Below are positions 40,506-52,301 of a DNA stretch of 64,000 nt, piece by piece. The notes under the pieces were generated by a model that was not told where the DNA came from, searched no databases, and worked only from the letters and a program-made list of their open reading frames with translations. The stretch's first letter is position 1, and the number at the start of each line of letters is the position of its first letter. Position numbers and translations under genes: made by a program. The DNA lies in the NCBI RefSeq assembly GCF_018977255.1, contig NW_024704755.1, positions 10,788,001 to 10,852,000 on the forward strand, read 5' to 3'. Source of the stretch: Callorhinchus milii (lineage: Eukaryota).

Positions 40506-42549
40506 CTAAAAATAAGATATTAAAAAAATGTTTATTTTATTAAAAAGCTTTCATTGCCAGGAGGATATATGGCAAAGATATTATTTATTGGTTTAATGAT
40601 AACTAAGGTACTGATAGAACAGTTCAGCCTAGACTGTTTTATTTTTTAACCATCATGCATCCTCCTTTAGCCAGGCTAGGATGGTCTGGACCTTGGTCCA
40701 TGTTCATCAAAGCGATTATCCTACAGGAGGTGCGAGCCAAGTATGTCAGTCTTAACGCCCACCCCAGCCCCGTCCAAGATGGAGTATCTTGCCATAGCAC
40801 GGGGCTCCATCTACTGTAGCAGTCCCGCCAAGAAATGATGAAGTTCACTCCAAACAGTGGCAGGCAAACTTGACTGGCAGACACAACTGGCACTCCAACC
40901 TACGACTATCTGTTTGTGAGGCAAATACTTTACCACCTGTGCTAGCAGGAACCCTAATAACTATACATCGTTGTTTACAGAATTCCAAGATTTTAAAGGT
41001 GCAATTGAACAAGTATAAACATGAGATTAAAAACATTATGATTTCTAGAGGGAAACATCATTTCATTAAAATGTTATCAATGTTGATATCAATGGATGTT
41101 TAAAGTGTTACTGATATGCGCCTATAATCTAAGCAGAGAGACTGGAAATAAAGGCATGATGTTACTTAGAGAATACATTTCAGTGGGAAAAGAAAAGGCT
41201 TCCATTTCTGTTAACTCTTACCTTTAGGCAAAGATGAAATTGAAACAGTAGTCACACCAATATCCACTTCTAACTAGAAAACATCCTTATTATTTGAGTG
41301 TTGCAACAATTGTTGCTCATTTTACAATTTGGGACAGATTTATTTTTTAAAAATACACCCTGGCTATACAAAACAAATCACAACCATTGACAACAGACTT
41401 TTTTTCATTTTTAAAGTTATTTTTCCCAATCCATTATCCAGGACTAAAACAACCTGAGAATCAAAGTGACTGCGTCCAAACAATTATAGCGATCCACAAG
41501 ACTAAAAGAATACTAAAAAATTTAATTTGAATGTGTAGCTTGTACATTAATTTGTTCAGTGATTTTCTATGTGATGTGGAAATTTTGATTTTCTTAAATA
41601 GGTAATCTAAACGTTACTACATAATGACTGCAGTATTATACTGAGTTATATAATTATCTTTAAAAGATAATAAATCTCAATAACATTATCTAAAGATAAT
41701 ATGAGAGATTATATAATATATTTTATTAAAAAAACATATTGTGCCAAAATAATTTGTCCCAGCTCATCAATGTGTAAAGTTAGTGTTAAAGTTTTGGAAG
41801 AATACACATATTGCTGATTAATGCCAATCATATCTATCCATTTTGTCATGTTTGTCTTGCAAAAATTAATTCACTAGAAACTGTGTGACTCATTGCAAAT
41901 CTGCATTATTTTACATAAATTTAAGCTTTGTATAATGGTAGGAGCAGACATTTTTGCATCACAGGTTTTCTAATTGAACAGTTAAATGCAACTCTCAATG
42001 CCCAAAGCACAAATGGATCTATACTATAACAGAGTTCATATAATTCATAGTTTTAATATTTAAAAATATTAAATACTCAAAGTAAATATTTAACAGATGA
42101 AGTAGCAATAGCTAATTATTGATACACCTCAGTACAAGTTTCAGATTTAGAAAATACAAATATTAATATAGCTCTTACATTGCCAATATACAAATTAATA
42201 TGCAACTATAATGCTACAGTATTTATTTTGGATATTTCTAAATATTCAACTGATTATTAGCAAAATATGCAACACCATGATGTCCACCAAATACTTTGCA
42301 TTTCTATTGCAACGGTAATAAAACTAGGTTTGTTCTGTTTGACAAGTTCTGCTGTGAGTATTTGCCTGAAAAATAAAAATTGCAGACACGGATATAGCAG
42401 AATTGAACTACAGTAATTCAATACACCCGTTGACCAACTTTATACAGACGTGTTGCGTTCTCTGGAATTACGATTTTTTTGAAAAAAATTCTTTTTTTTA
42501 AAAAAAAAGTCGAAACAGAAATGTGACTCGACAGCAATCAAAACCACTG

Positions 42550-44170
42550 CGTAAAGAACGAGAGAAGTCTGTCGATGCCGAATAATGAAAGTGGTGCTGA
42601 AGAGGGTCGGTCGGTCGGTCGGCTTCACGCTTGAAGCCAACATGTGGCCCCCCAAATCAGCTTCGTATCAAGGGTTACAAAACAAGGAGCAAGTTTCCGC
42701 TGGCGGCCCTGAAGCCCGAGCGAAACCAGCAGCAGTTTTCGCAGTTACTTTTGCGTCCAAACAAAATCACAGACAGACAGCTTCAATATAATCCGTCTCT
42801 CTCTCTCTCTCTCTCTCTGTGTCTTGTCTGTTCTTGTTTATATATACTGTATATACTGTGTGTGTGTGTGTATATATGTGTGTACCCACACACGCACAGG
42901 TATGTTTCACGCTGTTCTTTCTCATTGCGTCTGAAATAAAAATAAATAAAATGAAAATGCAAAAAAGCGGAGAGAACTCCCGTTGGCGCGCGGCTGCAAC
43001 CCTCCCGAATTCGGAATAAAGAGAGAGAGAGAGAGAGAGAGTAAAATGAACGATTGATTGATTGATTGATTAATTAATTCAGTGTCCGTTTGCCTTCCCT
43101 GGTCTCACAGCCTAACTTGTGGTTGCGGGCGCTGGTTTGGTGTGCTGATGTTGTTCTCGAAGAAGAAGAAGAAGAAGAAGAAAAGAAGGTAATAAAAATA
43201 AAAGGAACACAAAAAACGGGACGAGTTCGAAGCCTCCGGGTTAAGCCCAGGGATTATGATTTTTTTTAAGAAAAAATAAACCAACAAACAAACAAACCCC
43301 TAAACGACGCGACGACAGCGGCAGTCACCCACTTCACTGACTGACTTACCCCTGGCGTCTGGCGCGGCCTGGAACAGAACCGTCTCAAACATGTTGACCA
43401 GCTCTGCATATTTTATCTTGCCCCCTCTGTCGTGGAGCAGAGCGAGAATAAAATCCACCTTCAGCTCCTGCGATGCCGCCGAGGTCATCCTCCTCCTCCT
43501 TTCCTTTCCTTTGCCGCGTCTCCTCCTACTCCTCTACCCGCCGCCGCCTCCCCTCCACCACCACCACCACCAGCTCACGCCGCACTTCCGGTCGCCAGCC
43601 CCGTTACCCTGACAACGACGCAGCCCGCGGCAGCTCGCTCCGTCACCGCGTTACCATATGCAAATGAGGCAGCCGGACCCCTCGCCAATCCACGGTGACA
43701 AAGAGGGAGAGGGGAAGGGGTGGGGGGGAAATGGTGGGCGGCGCGCTGCACCTCGGGACGTGGAGTTCTTCGCTTGCGTTGAACACCCCCCCCCGACCAC
43801 CGCCAGGTTCGAGGGCGGGAGGGGAGCAGAGACTACATCTCCCAGGGTGCCCGGCGCCACCGCCCTCCTGCCGCCGTCCATTACGCCCAGGCTGTCCAGG
43901 CAACGGCGTGTATGGCCGGTGATCGGCGGTGTGCGCTCGGGGCAGTTGCAGCACCTTCTCGGAGGACGCGCCGCAGCAGCGGCTTCCAGCTCAGCCTGCG
44001 AGAGGGAGAGAAAGAAAAAGTTTATATCAGAAAATACTTCAAGGCATTTGCGTTCATCTGCCTAACATCAAGCGCGAGGGAGAGGGCGGCGGCGGCGGTG
44101 GTGGGGTGGGGGGGTGTTAATACTTAAGGTGGTATCGATATGGGTCGATTGGTGAGGTAAACCTTTACCG
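42550..44170. promoter_or_regulatory. CpG island / promoter of the Sowah-like gene
   Basis: Sharp rise in GC and CpG against an AT-rich background. Contains an ETS-like CCGGAAGT (minus strand, 43584-43591), an RFX X-box-like GTTACCCTGACAAC (43603-43616), an octamer ATGCAAAT (43658-43665) and a CCAAT at about 43685. Confidence 0.75.
43350..43488 (-). CDS. Sowah (sosondowah ankyrin repeat family)-like gene, coding exon 1
   Basis: MTSAASQELKVDFILALLHDRGGKIKYAELVNMFETVLFQAAPDAR resembles the Sowah N-terminal motif (E..il.fl..rGGkv.n.eL...F...l). Good Kozak context aggATGa, inside a CpG island, with a strong donor AGG G|GTAAGT (phase 1). Confidence 0.8.
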
Positions 44171-44375
44171 CTAAAACCGATAAATGCTGTGAAAAGCATC
44201 TAAACTGCGTGTGTGTGTGTGTGTGTGTGGGGGGAACTCGAGGGTATTATGATTTTTTTAAAAAAAAACAACCGCTCTTTTCGTTTCTCTTGTGTTTTGT
44301 GGCGATTTAAGGTTTGGGATCCGTCAGTCATTCAAAAGGCATTTTTGTCCTATAAAACACCATAAGTAGTGTCTC

Positions 44376-45412
44376 TTTGGCCTGTGTGTGTGTGGGGGGG
44401 GGGGGGGTGCAGTGTGGGGGGGTGTTGGGGGGGTGCAGTGTGGGGTGTGTGTTGGGGGGTGCAGGGTGGGGTGTGTGTTGGGGGGTGCAGTGTGGGGTGT
44501 GTGTTGGGGGGTGCAGTGTTTGGGGGGTGCAGTGTGGGGGGGGTGTTGGGGGGTGCAGTGTTTGGGGGGTGCAGTGTGGGGGGTGTGTTGGGGGGGTGCA
44601 GTGTGGGGTGTGTGTTGGGGGGGTGCAGTGTGGGGTGTGTGTTGGGGGGGTGCAGTGTGGGGGGTGCAGTGTGGGGTGGTGTGGGGGGTGCAGTGTGGGG
44701 TGTGTGTTGGGGGGTGCAGTGTGGGGGTGGTGGGGGGTGCAGTGTGGGGTGTGTGTTGGGGGGTGCAGGGTGGGGTGTGTTGGGGGGTGCAGGGTGGGGT
44801 GTGTTGGGGGGGTGCAGTGTGGGGGTGTGTTGGGGGGGTGCAGTGTGGGGTGTGTTGGGGGGTGCAGTGTGGGGGGTGTGTTGGGGGGGTGCAGTGTGGG
44901 GGGTGTGTTGGGGGTGTGTGTGGGGGTGTGTTGGGGGTGCAGTGTGGGGGGTGTGTTGGGGGGGTGCAGTGTGGGGGTGTGTTGGGGGGGTGCAGTGTGG
45001 GGGTGTGGGGGTGTGTGTTGGGGGGGTGCAGTGTGGGGTGTGTGTTGGGGGGTGCAGTGTGGGGTGTGTTGGGGGGTGCAGTGTGGGGGTGTGTTGGGGG
45101 GTGCAGTGTGGGGGTGTGTTGGGGTGCAGTGTGGGGGTGTGTTGGGGGGGTGCAGTGTGGGGGTGTGTTGGGGGGGTGCAGTGTGGGGGGTGTGTTGGGG
45201 GGGTGCAGTGTGGGGTGTGTGTTGGGGGGGTGCAGTGTGGGGTGTGTGTTGGGGGGGTGCAGTGTGGGGTGTGTGTTGGGGGGGGTGTAGTGTGGGGGGG
45301 TGCAGTGTGGGGTGTGTGTGTTTGGGGGTGTGCAGTGTGGGGGTGGGTACAGTGGGGTGTGTGTAGTGTGTGGGGGGTGCAGTGTGGGGTGTAGTGGGTG
45401 GTTTGTGTGTGT
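44376..45412. repeat. G/T-rich minisatellite, unit about 24-28 bp (GGGGGGTGCAGTGTGGGGTGTGTGTT)
   Basis: Roughly 35-40 imperfect tandem copies with a nearly invariant TGCAGTGT core and variable G-run lengths. Confidence 0.95.
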
Positions 45413-47904
45413 GTTCTGGTGACTTCCACAACGATGCTGGTTATATAAGTCTTAAAAAGGTTATTAAGAGCAGCAGAATGTATTTATAAATACACAGATA
45501 TATATATATATGTACCTATATTTCGGCTGTGTGCAAATGTTTTTTTATCTTGAAACAGCTTTATTTAATGGGCGCGTATTTTTTTTGGGTGGGAGGGGAT
45601 ATTTTGCATTATTTTTATAGATATATATGTATATATATATGTGTGTGTATTGCATGTTTTGCCTATGCTTTAAATGTGTGTTTGGGTTTTTGAATAACAG
45701 TGGTCATTCTTCTGCGTAAATTTAGTTTTAGTTCCAAGAGATGATTTCTGAAAGCTGTAGAATTTAAGCCTTTAATCCACACACGTACACACACACCCTC
45801 CCCCCCAAAAAAGTAATTGAAAGTAACAAAAACGGATTATGTACAGATGAGAGCAAGAACAAACATCTCAATCAACCATTAACATAGAATAATATTATGA
45901 GAGCATTTGTGTTGTATTGTATTAGAATAGGAGCTTTATTATATTTATGAGACTGAACACAACATCCAATGTGCAGATTAATTTCGCAGGGCAAAAAGAC
46001 TTTGAAAACTATCGATTTATGAGATTGTCTACCGAGATATGGGCCTGAGCAGAATAGCTGCTATAAGCAGACAAAGAGAATTAAATAAGTCAGGATATGT
46101 TCGTGTTGGGAAATATATCTGGTGGAATCAAAGGAGATTACATCCGTTGATCGGCAGGGATTTATCCCAGTTCATATGGTTTTAATCTGCTTTCGCTTCT
46201 ACCCTTTTATGAGTTTTAAAGAAGGGATACCTGGTTCGTTTATTCGCTTATATCCACCAGTAAACACTCATTTTGAGCTTAGAGTTCAAGACAGCGATTG
46301 AGGTGGTACTAATATGTACCGGAGCTTAAAACGACACTCCTCTTTACAGATTGGAATTCTTCCAAAAATCTGATATGATTCAAGAAATATAAAACAAACT
46401 ACTGCATTGTTATGTGCTGCTGAAATATTCTTTCATTTTCCATAGAGCAATAGTGCTTCCAGTGTACTTCACATGTAATTATTTGCAGACCAACCCTAAC
46501 GCTATTTGCTTGAATTTATGTCAAGTTATATATTCATACCTCTAAATTACGGAAGCAAATTATTGTTTGAGCAAATCACATTGTATAGAAAGATTATAAA
46601 GCTTTGTGATTAAAATTAGATTTGGGTAGATGGCAGTTCAAATAGTTGTAGTTTATATTTTAAATTCAAGTTAGTTTAAAACACAGATTACTTGCAAGTG
46701 TCTTCATTTTATGACCTGTACACTCAAAAGTTTTAGATGTTGTAGATTTGTCTAAAGATTACCAATCAGTTAACATTTTAAAATTTATCTCTGTCCTTAA
46801 CCCAATAGGGAGTAAGATATTGAATGAAGACCCTCCTCAAGATTGCAATAAACTGGATATGGAACAGCAGATGTATCGTCTTTGAACAATGTGTTGTGTT
46901 TATTAAAAAATTTAAATAAAATAAGCTGTATTTTAAACAAAGTCCAGGAAGTTACTGTACTTTAAATATCCTGTACAAGGGCATTGCCGCTTCTTATTTC
47001 TCACTGTGTGTCTGTCTATCATTTTAAAATTTCTTCAGTTCAGTGCCTTCAAATATTACATTTTGATGCAGTATCAGGTAAGTAGAATGAAGATTTAGCA
47101 ATGTGGTTTGAAATCAACGCAAAAAAAAGCTTGAAATTTACTTTCACACAACACTTAAAGCAAATTTTCAGTTTTCATTTAACTTACATGGAATTTTAAA
47201 TATCAATCTGAAATTCCAAAAGTTAATTCCTAAAATATATATATATAGATTATGTCCAGTACTAATGTATTATCATGTAAATTGGACTGTAATACCGATG
47301 TTGTAACACTTCATTATTAAAAATGTGTATAGCTATATAGAACCCATATCTACTTCAGTATTCTCTGATTCATGATATCTGCCTTTCCACACAAGCTTGC
47401 ATCACTCATGACGAAATGGTAACCTAATAAGTCTTCACCTCCACCAAGAAGCTCTCTTATAATAGACACTAAAAATACTAAATTTCAAAAAGCACCAACT
47501 AACTCTTTGACTGTGACAACCATGGCCGTCAAAACCTTCAAACACCAAGAGGCTGCAACAAAAGCAAAGTCTCAGAACTCACAGATGTTGTCAACAGCTG
47601 CACTACAACTGTGCAGCAGCTGGGTGAAAGGACTACAGTGAATTTCTCTTTAAGTACAAGTTAATTTTCCAAAACTATGTTTGCTCTGAACAGGAATTAC
47701 TCTCAGCTGAAGTGTGTGGATCAGTTAAAACTACATATTGTTGCAGTGTGTTGCCCTTAAAACAAAAAAGAATTAAATAATGTAGGGTTGTAAAATAGAA
47801 AGAAAACAAAGTGTTCTTTAAACAGCTGAGTTGCACACTTGACACACAAAATGCAATAGCTTAAGGTGTACCACAGCTAAAGAAAACAAATCATGCTTTC
47901 ATTT

Positions 47905-48022
47905 CCTTCAATGAGAGGAACGTGTATTCGTCTTATTAGTTTCTTTGGTTAAGAGTAGATTACGTGTATCTATGGCAGAACAGGCTCGGCAGGTTGAATG
48001 GCCTACTCTTGTTCCTATGTAC
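47905..48022 (+). mobile_element. CR1 3' UTR fragment
   Basis: ggcagaacaggctcggcaggttgaatggcctactcttgttcctatgt is a typical CR1 terminal sequence. Confidence 0.65.
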
Positions 48023-49637
48023 TTATTTTAGTATAACCTTCCTGTTGTCGACAAATTAACCTCAGTGGACAATGGACGTCAGTGTCACATTAACAAGCCA
48101 CAGATACTGTTCCCTAATAATGCCACAAAGTATAGGTTATAATAGCTACTGAGAGCATGGTGTCCACAGAATTGCTTATAATCCACTACATACTTATTAA
48201 TGGCTGCAGGCCTACTGTGAATCTATGGTTCTTCTCTGTGTCCAGCATTCCAGTAATGCGGATGCTTGCTGAGATTCACTGGAAAGGCTTGAGGATTCCC
48301 CCCACACCAATTAGTTCAGCTTCAAACATCCAAAGTAAGAAGTATGCCATTGAAAACCTGATATAAAGTGTGGTGTCAGTTCCCAAGGGTATAATAAATC
48401 CAACATTAACCGCAGTTTTAAGGTAAGATATTGCTCATCAGGTTACAGAAATTACTTGCAATGTCCTCAGCCTTCAGTTTCAGGCATAACAGATGTTCAG
48501 TCATTTGTGTAACCCTAGAATCAATACTTTAATGCTGTAGCCCTCAAGTACAAGTAACATTTGTAGAATAGATTTGTACCAAAGACAAGATTTGGGGTTA
48601 ATATGGACTTCAGGTTCACATTGCCTTCTGAGGAGCATAAATTCCGAAACTCTGAAACTCAAATATTAAAGCAAGCTCGCAAGTCAAAATCATTGTCGTT
48701 TTTACTCATGGAACTCAGCAAGGTGAAATGGCTCTATAAATTTATAGAATTACTTATATAATGATTTTTCATATACTAAAGAGACTAGGCAATTAAATAT
48801 TAGCCATATGCATCCTCAACATAAACCTGTCTCAGCCTTATCTCCTCTCTAATATTCTACCACGATTGCCCTGTCTTATTAATATCTAAATAAATGTTCG
48901 ACTCTGACCAAATTTACTTAGCGAGAAAATGAGTCCGTATTAACATAACATAGGTATGCAAGGGGAGAACAATTTATTCCAGTCGTCAAGGATTGTAGTT
49001 GCCGTTTTATTTTGGAGTTAAATTTAAGTTGAAAACAGTAATCCATTCCAACACTTTATGCAAACATAGCTTGTACCTTTTGTTAACAATAACCTGGGTT
49101 ATATTGCTTATGATGTTACTTATTAAAGACTGGTATTCTTTAATAAGCGAGCAATACTGAAAAAGGAGTGTTTCATACTTTATGGCTTTTTCAATCAAGC
49201 ATATGTTATAATTACATAGCAACAGTACATATAATATACATATAACAATTATATCATCAACTGCAAAATCAACTGCAAATCATTTCTCAATATTTTTTTC
49301 AGTAATGACAAAACAGTTGTTAATCCTTCAGTGTGAACCTCATTATCCGTCAGTGATATGGACTGCACTGGCAGCTGCTGGCAGAACAAAAACAGACCTG
49401 AAATTGAATCAAATCACCATCAAATTAACCGTATATGCTGCTAACAGCATATAAAAATAATACCCTGGAGTGATTTCCAGGCAATAACATGATCTCTGGG
49501 TTCAGGAGACTGCTTAGTGGCATTTTATGACTTTAGCTGCACCCCGAGATTAAGTAATCCGAGATCCACATTGTCATTATAATACCTGGAAATATTACGA
49601 TAAACAAACTTCCCGATTTAAACATCTACGTGTAACA

Positions 49638-49638
49638 G

Positions 49639-49691
<53 letters not shown>
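49638..49691. repeat. Compound (AT)n(GT)n microsatellite
   Basis: Read directly from the sequence. Confidence 0.95.
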
Positions 49692-49692
<1 letters not shown>

Positions 49693-49889
49693 ATACACCT
49701 GTAACGCCGAACAATAACCATTCTTCGTATGAAATCTGAAATGATTGCAAAGATTAATCAAAAAAAAAAGAAAGACTGCTTCCAGTGCGTCCGGGCTTGT
49801 ATTTCGAGTACACTCATCATCTGTCCCTGGTTGTTGTTGTGCTATGATTTCGGTCGGGGCTCCTGTCACGTACGGTACTGTATTAGCAA

Positions 49890-49977
49890 ACTAAGTTAAG
49901 TTGCTGGAGCCTGGTAGAAGATTGCCATCCAGGGGCCGGCGCACTTGAGCCTTGGAATGAGGCTCTCTTTTTTTCCC

Positions 49978-50033
<56 letters not shown>

Positions 50034-50221
50034 TCTCATTAGGTTGGTTCTGGCACCCCATCAGGCAGCTTTGCCTTTCTTCCATTGACAACACCCTGAT
50101 AGGAGGAGCTGCGAGTGCGTAGAAGGCGTCAGAAAACCCTCAATTTCTAACTTGCATCTTGCAGGACCTTCTCTGAGCCCCAATCCAAAGGAAAACTTCT
50201 GCAAGCAAGTAAACACCGACT

Positions 50222-50256
<35 letters not shown>

Positions 50257-50436
50257 CCCCAGCAGCTGACAGCACAGACCCAGGCGATCTGCCGCTGCTC
50301 TCTATGACTACCGATCACACCATTCGCATAAAAAGCTTCGGAAATATAGGCTGTTGATATTTTTTTTTTCTTTTTTTTTATATTATATATTATAGACACC
50401 TAAAGAGAAAGAGAGAGAGGAGAGAAATCTTAAGCC
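49890..50436 (+). promoter_or_regulatory. Irx5 proximal promoter / 5' UTR with two (GA)n tracts
   Basis: Lies directly upstream of the ATG with raised GC and CpG content. (GA)n runs at about 49978-50028 and 50224-50251. The TSS cannot be fixed from sequence. Confidence 0.55.
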
Positions 50437-50673
50437 ATGTCGTATCCTCAGGGCTACTTATATCAACCTTCAGCTTCTTTGGCTCTTTATTCGTGTCCAG
50501 CCTACACTACGAGCGTCATATCGGGACCCAGGACGGATGAACTTGGGAGATCTTCCTCGGGCTCTGCTTTCAGCCCTTACGCCGGATCTACAGCCTTCAC
50601 AGCCGCCTCCCCGGGTTACAACAGCCACCTCCAGTACGGTACAGACCCGACCGCTGCCTTCACTTCCTACGTG
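50437..50673 (+). CDS. irx5: Iroquois homeobox 5, coding exon 1 (79 codons, phase-0 donor)
   Basis: Translates as [55 protein letters not shown]...SYV, near-identical to the vertebrate IRX5 N-terminus as I recall it. The start context is gccATGt and the exon ends at a canonical GTG|GTAAGT donor. Confidence 0.96.
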
Positions 50674-51272
50674 GTAAGTTCTGCTTTTCTTTCAAGACGC
50701 ACCATTTACAATGTATTCGTAACTCTTCCTATGACACGTTGGTGCCTTTTTCCACCCCCACCCCCCCCCATCCCCATCCCCCCCCCCCCCACCCCGCACC
50801 CCACACAACCACCGCACCCACCCCATCCCCAGTGATCTTTCACCAGATCGTCTCCCTCTCTCTCTCTCTCTATCTCTCTTTTTTCCCCCCCAAAAAAACT
50901 TTTTTGTTGTTAGTTCTGGTGTTTTATTTCAATACGATTTGTTGTTTCGCGTTGAGATCAACTTTTGGTCACATTGCGCGCGTGTGTGTATGTGTGTGTG
51001 TGTGTGTTTTAAGAAAAAATATATAATCATTGGGTTGGGGGTTTGGAGGGGGTGGTGGGGGGGTGGGGGGGTGGTGGTGTGGTGGAGAGAAACCCTGACT
51101 GAGAGCATCGCATTCGGTTATTCCTCGTGTTTTCTAAGTGCTCATTCCACTGACTCGTAGGCAACATTTTTTACAGCTGAACGGCGTTATCTTTGCCGAC
51201 CAGTGAGTGGTTGTGTGTGTGTGTGTGTGTGTTTTTTTTTTGACGGGTGTGTGTGTGTGTGTTGTGTCTCAG

Positions 51273-51678
51273 GGCTCTCCCTACGATCACTCCACGGGAA
51301 TGGCCGGATCTATCGGATACCACCCCTACACAGCTCCTTTGGGCTCTTACCCCTATGGCGATCCAGCCTACCGAAAAAATGCCACCAGAGACGCGACTGC
51401 CACTCTCAAAGCCTGGCTCAACGAGCACAGGAAGAACCCCTACCCCACCAAAGGCGAGAAGATCATGTTGGCCATCATCACCAAAATGACCCTGACTCAA
51501 GTGTCCACCTGGTTCGCCAACGCCAGGAGGAGGTTGAAGAAGGAGAACAAGATGACCTGGACCCCGAGGAACAGGAGCGAAGACGAGGAGGAAGAGGAGA
51601 ACATCGACCTGGAGAAGAACGACGACGACGAGCCGCACAAATCGTTGGAGAAGGGCCACTCGTCGGAAGCCGAGTCAG
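51273..51678 (+). CDS. irx5: Irx5 coding exon 2: TALE-class homeodomain plus acidic region
   Basis: Acceptor tctcAG|GGC. Translates as GSPYDH...[85 protein letters not shown]. Donor TCAG|GTGAG, phase 1 (406 nt). Confidence 0.97.
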
Positions 51679-52301
51679 GTGAGAGGGAGACCCGATGAAT
51701 ATTTTATTTTTTTATTCAAGAGTCGTTTCCGATAAAAAAGGACGCGGATCTGATCACTGGTTTCTTGCGACGGCTTTATTATTTGTAGTGCACCCTATGT
51801 GCCGGATAATACTCAGCGATTTTCGTTTCGGACTCTTAATTCTTGTCGCGCCAACACGTGTCTGAACACCTAAAATAGGTTTGTAGGGGGTGTGGAGGGG
51901 GGTGTGGGGGTGGGGGGGGGGGGGGGGAGGGGGGGTGGGGTGTGGGGTGGGAGGGGTGAGGGTGAGGGTGTGGAGGGGGTATATTCCTGTTTAAAAAAAA
52001 ATCCATCGCGCTTTTTTCAGTTGGGGTTGGAGTCAAAAGTGCTCGAATTTCTGCCGAATGAAGACATCTAAAACTAACCCGTAATTTCCGAGTTGAATTT
52101 TCAACGGATAGTGGCGTGAAACTAAATGGTTGTCTTTTATTGTTATTTCTCCCACCCCTCCTCCCCCCCCACCCCTCCTCCCCCCACACACACACCCCAC
52201 CCCCCCCTCTCCCCCCCCCCCCCCCCCACTCTCCCCTTCCCCCGCACACCCCCTACCAACGGATTTTGGGTGTGGGGGGCGAAAAAAAAACCCAACCCCA
52301 G

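Noticed and set aside
43391-44127. Several overlapping GC-rich ORFs in the CpG island
   Set aside because: Stop codons are scarce in GC-rich DNA, and these ORFs show no recognisable domain or splice structure.
44328-45431. Five 300-367 aa ORFs (Pro/His/Thr-rich or Gly/Val/Cys-rich) on both strands
   Set aside because: They are by-products of a stop-free minisatellite. Being open in nearly all frames with variable unit length is not consistent with real coding.
48262-48297. Peptide MLAEIHWKGLRI resembles the start of the human CRNDE micropeptide as I recall it (MLAEIHPKAGL)
   Set aside because: It is on the Irx5 strand, whereas CRNDE is antisense to IRX5. The match is only about 6 residues, it does not extend, and it is plausible by chance in a six-frame 64 kb search.
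52130-52301. Pro-rich N-terminal extension of the 360 aa ORF
   Set aside because: It is an intronic C-rich tract that happens to be in frame. Irx5 homology and phase indicate the exon starts at 52302.
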